Shown: positions 58,441 through 64,000 of the stretch, piece after piece
Layout of the letters: each line of letters begins with the position of its first letter
How positions within the stretch are numbered: position 1 is the first letter of the stretch
NCBI GenBank assembly: GCA_031272275.1
Contig: JAISUC010000011.1
Coordinates: forward strand, 2,290 to 66,289
DNA: 64,000 nucleotides
From: Actinomycetes bacterium
GTDB taxonomy: Bacteria > Actinomycetota > Coriobacteriia > WRKU01 > WQUG01
Direction: 5' to 3'
Made by a program: the position numbers and the translations under genes
Notes under the pieces: model-generated
The model's input: the letters and a program-made list of their open reading frames with translations, nothing else
Databases searched by the model: none
What the model was told of the DNA's origin: nothing

Positions 58441-60316
58441 GGTGCATCTCTTCTTCCGTCAGCTGGGACGCGGCGATCTCGCGATACACGGCGTTATCCG
58501 CCAGCAGTTCCTCGTGGGTGCCGATACCGACCGCACGGCCCTCTTCCAGCACAATGATTTGGTCGGCATCCATAATGGTTGAGATGCGTTGCGCGACGAT
58601 CACCGCCAGCGAATCGCGCAACAGCGGGCGCATCGCCGCGCGCAGCGCCGCATCCGTCGCCAGATCCAGCGCGCTGAAACTGTCGTCGAACAGGTAAATG
58701 GCGGGACGTTTGACCAGCGCACGCGCAATCGCCAAACGCTGTTTCTGTCCTCCGGAAAAGTTCGTTCCGCCCTGCGCCACATGCGCGTCGATACCCTCAT
58801 CCAGTTCCGACACGAACTCCCAAGCCTGCGCAGTTTTCAACGCATCAATGACCTGTTCTGCGGTAGCATCCTCGCGCCCGAAGCGGATATTTTCAGCAAT
58901 CGTGCCGCTGAACAGCACCGCCTTTTGCGGGATGTAGCCTATCAGGTCATGCAGTTCGTGCTGACGATGTTCGCGCACGTCCACCCCGTTCACCAGCACA
59001 GAGCCCGAACTGACCTCGTACAGGCGGTCAATCAGGTTCAGAATCGTCGATTTCCCGCTGCCGGTGCTGCCGATGATCGCCGTCGTGGTGCCGGCTGATG
59101 CGGCAAAGCTGATGCCGGTGACCGCCGGTTCCTCGGCGCCCTCAAAGCTGAAACCGACGTCACGGAATTCCAGCGACGCTTTCGGGGAGTGCGTCCCGGC
59201 GTCCACCGCGACCAGTGTGTCGGACACCGACCCGGCGCAGAGCTCCCGCTCCCCCGCGTCCGTAGGCGCGTCCGCCCCCGCATCGTCCGGATCCAGGATG
59301 GACGAATGCGTGTCCAGGACTTCGTCGATGCGTTCGGCGCTGACGCTGGCGCGCGGCAACATAATGGTGACCATCGTCAGCATCAACAGGCTGAACAGCA
59401 GTTGCATCGCGTACTGCATGAACGCGAACATGTTACCCAGCGATATGTGATCGGCGGCGACCATATGGCTGCCGAACCAGACCGTCGCGATGTTTGCCAG
59501 CATGATGGTGAACATGACGATGGGTATCAACATGACCACCATGCGGTTGACCTTGATGGCGGTGTCGGTCAGGTCGTCGTTTGCCACCGCAAAGCGTTCC
59601 TGTTGGAAGGCCTGGCGGTTGAATGCGCGAATGACGCGCACGCCGGTCAGCCCCTCGCGCGCAATCAGGTTCAGGTGGTCGGTCTTTTTTTGGATGCTGC
59701 GAAACAGCGGCAGCGCGCGGCGCATCGCAACCAGAATCACCGTCACCAGCAGCGGGATGATGGCGGCGATGATCCATGCCAGGCTTTTGCCTTTGTCGAT
59801 TGCCATCACCAACGCGATGATGCTGGTCATCGGTGCCATCATGGCCAGACGCATCAGCATAAACGACATCTGTTGAATCTGCTGGACGTCGTTGGTGGAA
59901 CGAATTATCAGGCTGGCGGTCGAAAACCGGTCGAATTCTTTCAGGCTGAAGCTCTCGATGCGTGCGAACAGTTTCTCGCGCAGGTCACGCGCCAGTGCGG
60001 CCGAGGCACGCGAACACAACCAGCCGGCGAACACCGCGCCTGCGACCGACAACGCGACGATTCCCAGCATCTTTGCGCCGTGCTGCAAAATGTAGTCCAT
60101 CTGGGTCGCATTACTGGAGTTGATGATTTGTTCCTGCACGACAGACTGCGTCGCATCTCCCGGGACACCGCGCTGCAGGATGCCGATGTTCACGATGTCG
60201 GACATCACGTTCGGCAGCGACAATTGCGCGCCCACCTGCAGCGCCGTTGCCGCCGTAATCAACAGCAGCATCAGCCAATAGGGCTTGAATAGATATCGTT
60301 TCAATAGCTTAAACAT
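58433..60316 (-). CDS. Type IV ABC exporter subunit (TM287-like, degenerate site)
   Basis: GSTGSGKST, FSGGQKQR, non-canonical FDDSFSALD and VAQRIS. Confidence 0.94.
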   Translation of the reverse strand: MFKLLKRYLFKPYWLMLLLITAATALQVGAQLSLPNVMSDIVNIGILQRGVPGDATQSVVQEQIINSSNATQMDYILQHGAKMLGIVALSVAGAVFAGWLCSRASAALARDLREKLFARIESFSLKEFDRFSTASLIIRSTNDVQQIQQMSFMLMRLAMMAPMTSIIALVMAIDKGKSLAWIIAAIIPLLVTVILVAMRRALPLFRSIQKKTDHLNLIAREGLTGVRVIRAFNRQAFQQERFAVANDDLTDTAIKVNRMVVMLIPIVMFTIMLANIATVWFGSHMVAADHISLGNMFAFMQYAMQLLFSLLMLTMVTIMLPRASVSAERIDEVLDTHSSILDPDDAGADAPTDAGERELCAGSVSDTLVAVDAGTHSPKASLEFRDVGFSFEGAEEPAVTGISFAASAGTTTAIIGSTGSGKSTILNLIDRLYEVSSGSVLVNGVDVREHRQHELHDLIGYIPQKAVLFSGTIAENIRFGREDATAEQVIDALKTAQAWEFVSELDEGIDAHVAQGGTNFSGGQKQRLAIARALVKRPAIYLFDDSFSALDLATDAALRAAMRPLLRDSLAVIVAQRISTIMDADQIIVLEEGRAVGIGTHEELLADNAVYREIAASQLTEEEMHRG

Positions 60317-60384
60317 ACGTCGTATGGGGAAACCCGATCAGGGGGAGTGCGTCCCGGCGCTACCCGTGCCCCGGCAGTTTCCCT

Positions 60385-60969
60385 TTAGTCCTCCCAGTCT
60401 TGTTCCAGCCCGGCGCTGTGCAGTTTCTTTTGCAGTTGACGTCGGAATATTTTGATGGCGTCGCTGACCGTTTTACGCTCGTCTGCGGTCAGTTCCTCGA
60501 TTTCGGCGATCATGCGCGCGCGGATGTGGCCGGTATCGACTTCCAGTCGTTCACGTCCGCGATCGGTGATGCTGATGACGTACTGGCGGCGGTCATCGGG
60601 ACTGACACTGCGCGCGACCAGACCGTTGCGCTCCAACCCGTCCAGCAGGCGCGAAGCCGCAGGCGGCGACAGGCGCATCATTTCGATCAGTTGCCCCTGC
60701 AACATGGGCTTGCGCTTGAGCAGGTGCAGGACCATACCCGATTGTTGCCGCTGGTGCGGATGCATCGGCATGATGCCCCCCGAAGCCTGTTCCGCCGCCG
60801 ACAACGCGTCTACACCCAAAGGGGCCTTGTGCTTGCGAATCAGCAGCCGTTTCATCGAGCCCTGTACATAGGGCATGGCGGTCAGAATCTGGTCTGCCAC
60901 ATCGGTGGCAGTGGGTTTGGTGTTATCGGTGGTGCCTGTGTTGCCTGTCGTGCCGTCTTTGGCGGTCAT
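60385..60969 (-). CDS. MarR-family transcriptional regulator
   Basis: SRLLDGLERNGLVARSVSPDDRRQYVISITDRG wHTH; first gene of the exporter operon. Confidence 0.9.
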   Translation of the reverse strand: MTAKDGTTGNTGTTDNTKPTATDVADQILTAMPYVQGSMKRLLIRKHKAPLGVDALSAAEQASGGIMPMHPHQRQQSGMVLHLLKRKPMLQGQLIEMMRLSPPAASRLLDGLERNGLVARSVSPDDRRQYVISITDRGRERLEVDTGHIRARMIAEIEELTADERKTVSDAIKIFRRQLQKKLHSAGLEQDWED

Positions 60970-61103
60970 GCGCGCCGGTCCCCCTTCCGCAATGGTCGCA
61001 ATGGTCGCGATGGTATCGGGCAGTCGCTCGGATGCAGTCAGTCAGGTGCTGTCGTTCAAGTGCAAACAATCAGCTGCAGTCGGTCGTAAATGTTTACCGA
61101 ACG

Positions 61104-61143
61104 ATAATATTGCAAAGTGGAACTATTGTCAACCGGAAATATT
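61104..61143 (-). promoter_or_regulatory. marR-operon promoter with overlapping operator-like repeats
   Basis: TTGACA (61132-61127)-N17-TATTAT (61109-61104); TATTG..AA..GGAA.TATT twice at 16-bp offset (61108, 61124). Confidence 0.65.
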
Positions 61144-61384
61144 TTACTACGCGAGTGCGCACGTCGTGCATCGCGCACCCGAATCGTGTCCCGACCCTTT
61201 CACGCACTGCGTTTTACATTTTGCTCATCATATTGAGTATTTTGCAAATATGCAGGTACATGCCCTGTTTTCCTGCACTCAACCCCGGGCAGATACCACC
61301 GCTTCCGCTGGATGCGGATGTTCAGCAGTCGGGATGGGCAATGCCGGCAGAAAGCCGGATCACCATTGCGTTTTCACGGGAATA

Positions 61385-61461
<77 letters not shown>

Positions 61462-61571
61462 ACCTAAGACAGCTTAGAAATAATACCACAAGTACCAACG
61501 GGATTGACACGCCGATTGCGCCGATTGTGCGCGAGCCGCGGCGAACTACAGCCCCAACCGATCAGCCGCCA

Positions 61572-62879
61572 TCAAGACGCACCCACGACCGTTTCCAGGA
61601 TACTGCGCGCGATCAGTGCCTTCGAAGCCCGGGGGAGCATGATGTCGGCACCGTCGCGGCCCAGCAGGCGTACCTCGTTATCCGCGGCATCAAACCCGAT
61701 GTCTGTCCGCGACACGTCGTTTGCGACGATCCAGTCCGCGCCTTTGGTCGCAAGCTTTTCGCGCACGTGCGTGTCGAGGTCGTCAGTCTCGGCGGCAAAA
61801 CCCACCAGCACCGCACCCGCACGCAAGCGCCCCGCCGCTTTCATCTGTCCCAGTTCCGCCAGAATGTCGGGATTGCGGACCAGCTGAACGGTCACAACCT
61901 CTTCGGTGCCGCCGACACCGTCGTCAGCTACCGTGGTGGACAGCGCATATTTCTTGATTTTCGACAGGCTATGGGTGCGCGGACGATAATCGGCAACCGC
62001 CGCCGCACACAGTATCACATCGGCATCTGCCGCCGCATCCAACACGGCGCCGCGCATTTCGGCGGTTGTGGTGACCGGTACCATTTCCAGACGCGCGTCA
62101 TGCCGGCTGACCGGGCGCGCCAAGTTGACCGGACCGGACACCAGCACCACACGCGCAGCCCCGGCGCGCAGCGCCTGCTGTGCCAGCGCATATCCCATCC
62201 GGCCCGAGCTACGGTTGGTCAAATACCGCACCGGGTCAAAGGGCTCACGGGTGGGGCCTGCGCTCACCAGTACGGTGCGGCCGCTGAGAAACGCACGGTC
62301 CGGGACGTACTCCCCCACCGCGTCGGCAATCGCCGACGGCTCGGACATGCGGCCGATGTCGCTGGTGCCGCACGCCAGCTCGCCCGCAACGGGGCCCACC
62401 AGCACCACGCCGCGGTCGCGCAGCGTCTGCAGGTTTTCCTGCGTGGCCGCGTCCAGATACATCTGCGTGTTCATGGCCGGTGCCACCACCAGCGTGCCCT
62501 GGTAGGTCAGCGCGGTCGTCGTCAGCAGGTCGTCGGCCGTGCCGTGCGCCAGTTTTGCAATCACGTTTGCCGTGGCGGGCGCGATGACCATGATGTCGGC
62601 CGCGTCAGCCAGCGAGATGTGGTGAATCGGGGCGCCGGCGGCGTCATACAGGTCGACGGCGACGGGGTTTCCGGTCAGGCTGCGAAAGGTCGCGGGTCCC
62701 ACCAGCTCGGTCGCGTGCGGAGTCATGACGACCTGCACACGCATGCCGGCTTTGGTCAACAGGCGGACCAGCTCGCAGCTTTTGTAGGCGGCGATGCCGG
62801 CGGACACGCCCAGGACGACCGTGGGCGTGGCGGGTGCGGGCGCGCCGGCGGAGTCGGTATGTATAGGAGTCTCGTCCAT
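61572..62879 (-). CDS. coaBC: Bifunctional phosphopantothenoylcysteine decarboxylase/synthetase
   Basis: GIAAYK, APATANVIAK, APAMNTQM, GPTREPFDPVRYLTNRSSGRMG, AAVADY, VGFAAET, IVANDV. Confidence 0.97.
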   Translation of the reverse strand: MDETPIHTDSAGAPAPATPTVVLGVSAGIAAYKSCELVRLLTKAGMRVQVVMTPHATELVGPATFRSLTGNPVAVDLYDAAGAPIHHISLADAADIMVIAPATANVIAKLAHGTADDLLTTTALTYQGTLVVAPAMNTQMYLDAATQENLQTLRDRGVVLVGPVAGELACGTSDIGRMSEPSAIADAVGEYVPDRAFLSGRTVLVSAGPTREPFDPVRYLTNRSSGRMGYALAQQALRAGAARVVLVSGPVNLARPVSRHDARLEMVPVTTTAEMRGAVLDAAADADVILCAAAVADYRPRTHSLSKIKKYALSTTVADDGVGGTEEVVTVQLVRNPDILAELGQMKAAGRLRAGAVLVGFAAETDDLDTHVREKLATKGADWIVANDVSRTDIGFDAADNEVRLLGRDGADIMLPRASKALIARSILETVVGAS

Positions 62880-62910
62880 AGCGCCTATTGTACCTGTTAC
62901 ACTGGTGTGC
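62880..62910. promoter_or_regulatory. Back-to-back divergent leaderless promoters
   Basis: Minus: TACAAT (62892-62887)-N7-ATG 62879; plus: TGtTACACT (62895-62903)-N7-ATG 62911. Confidence 0.6.
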
Positions 62911-64000
62911 ATGAAACGATTCAACGGAATAGCACGCTGCGTGACCGCCTGCGCCGTCCTGACGGTGCTGTGGGGGGCGACACCTGCCGGAGTGGTCACC
63001 GCAAACGAAATGCCCGCAACCGACGTCGTCGCTGCGGCGGCGGCTCACAACATCGGGGTCGATTCGGGGAAGCGCGTCCCGACGTCTGCCGCGACCGGCA
63101 GCATTGCACCGGACGTCACAGTCAGCGTGGCGGCAACCGGGTCGGCGGCGACCACGCCCACCGCACCGGCCGCAGCGCCCATACTGCCGACGAAGCTCGC
63201 AGCAGACGCCAAACAGCTGCTGTTCGGCAAACGGGGCAAGTCGCTGACGCTGAAACTGACGCCCACGCCCGCGAGTGCTGAAACCAGCACCGTGGTCTGG
63301 AAGTCGTCGAATAAAACGGTCGCCACCGTGTCCGGCACAGGCAAAGTCACCGCGCGTGGCTGGGGACAGTGCACCGTCAGCGCGACCGTGGGCGACGTGT
63401 CGGTCAAGGTGCCGGTCACCATCGCCAAAAAGTGGGTGGCCGTGACCTGGGATGACGGTCCGGGCAAGCCAACGAAAAAGCTGCTGACACAACTGCGCAA
63501 GCGCAAGGTGCACTGCACGTTTTTCGTGGTGGGATCGATGGCGAAATCAAAAACCAAGCAAAAACTGCTGAAACAGATGAAAAAAGACGGACACGAAATC
63601 GCCAACCACACCTGGAATCACAACGGCAGCGCAGGCGCCCTGATGGCGGGCCTGAAAAAGACCGACACGGTGATCAAAAAGGCCATCGGCAAAAAGTCGA
63701 CGCTGATGCGCCCGCCGGGTGGTGCCATCAATTCGGTCACCAAACGCTGTGGCAAGGCGATTATCATTTGGACGGTTGACCCCAAGGACTGGCGTGACCG
63801 CAACGCGAACACAGTGTACAAGCGCGTGGTCACGGGCACGCGATCGGGCTCGATTGTGCTGCTGCACGACATCCATCCCACCAGTGTCACCGGGGGAATC
63901 CGCGCGATTGACGCTCTGGCGAAAAAGGGCTATACGTTCGTGACCGTCACGCAGCTGTTGGGCAGCCCCAAAAAGAACAAAATCTACCACAGCGGGGCAA
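62911..64000 (+). CDS. Secreted CE4 polysaccharide/peptidoglycan deacetylase with Big_2 domain (runs off window; absent from ORF track)
   Basis: Read manually from ATG 62911: signal peptide, WKSSNKTVATV, VTWDDGP, TFFVVG, HEIANHTWNH, MRPPGG, DPKDW, IVLLHD. Confidence 0.9.
   Translation, partial: MKRFNGIARCVTACAVLTVLWGATPAGVVTANEMPATDVVAAAAAHNIGVDSGKRVPTSAATGSIAPDVTVSVAATGSAATTPTAPAAAPILPTKLAADAKQLLFGKRGKSLTLKLTPTPASAETSTVVWKSSNKTVATVSGTGKVTARGWGQCTVSATVGDVSVKVPVTIAKKWVAVTWDDGPGKPTKKLLTQLRKRKVHCTFFVVGSMAKSKTKQKLLKQMKKDGHEIANHTWNHNGSAGALMAGLKKTDTVIKKAIGKKSTLMRPPGGAINSVTKRCGKAIIIWTVDPKDWRDRNANTVYKRVVTGTRSGSIVLLHDIHPTSVTGGIRAIDALAKKGYTFVTVTQLLGSPKKNKIYHSGA

Overview
High-GC bacterial chromosomal window. 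The gene content suggests an anaerobic actinobacterium, probably Coriobacteriia; this is inference from protein style and gene order. Mostly minus-strand housekeeping genes: alaS-ruvX-mltG-yqeG; yajQ-rimO-pgsA/cinA fusion; a polar amino-acid ABC operon; glpK; recA-recX-tRNA-Ala; exoA; coaBC; tRNA-Pro. Also a BMP/nucleoside ABC operon, two ABC exporter modules, and several surface or secreted proteins (C69 peptidase, GH25 muramidase, S8 protease, polysaccharide deacetylase, and a ~5,440-aa LRR/SpaA/SdrD-B adhesin). No transposase, integrase, phage gene, reverse transcriptase or CRISPR-cas gene was seen. The unexplained signal is mostly non-coding: (1) the 15-mer GGGACG(T/C)ACTCCCCC occurs 7 times exactly and 5 times with one mismatch, in both orientations and several reading frames inside genes and as an inverted terminator pair, a pattern like a DNA uptake or chromosome-binding sequence; (2) three dispersed hairpin-repeat families, one tandemly amplified in frame inside the PgsA-CinA linker; (3) degenerate 9-12 nt repeat tracts in many leaders, including an AUG-saturated recA leader. 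A type IV ABC exporter also carries a ~330-aa extracellular coiled-coil insertion.
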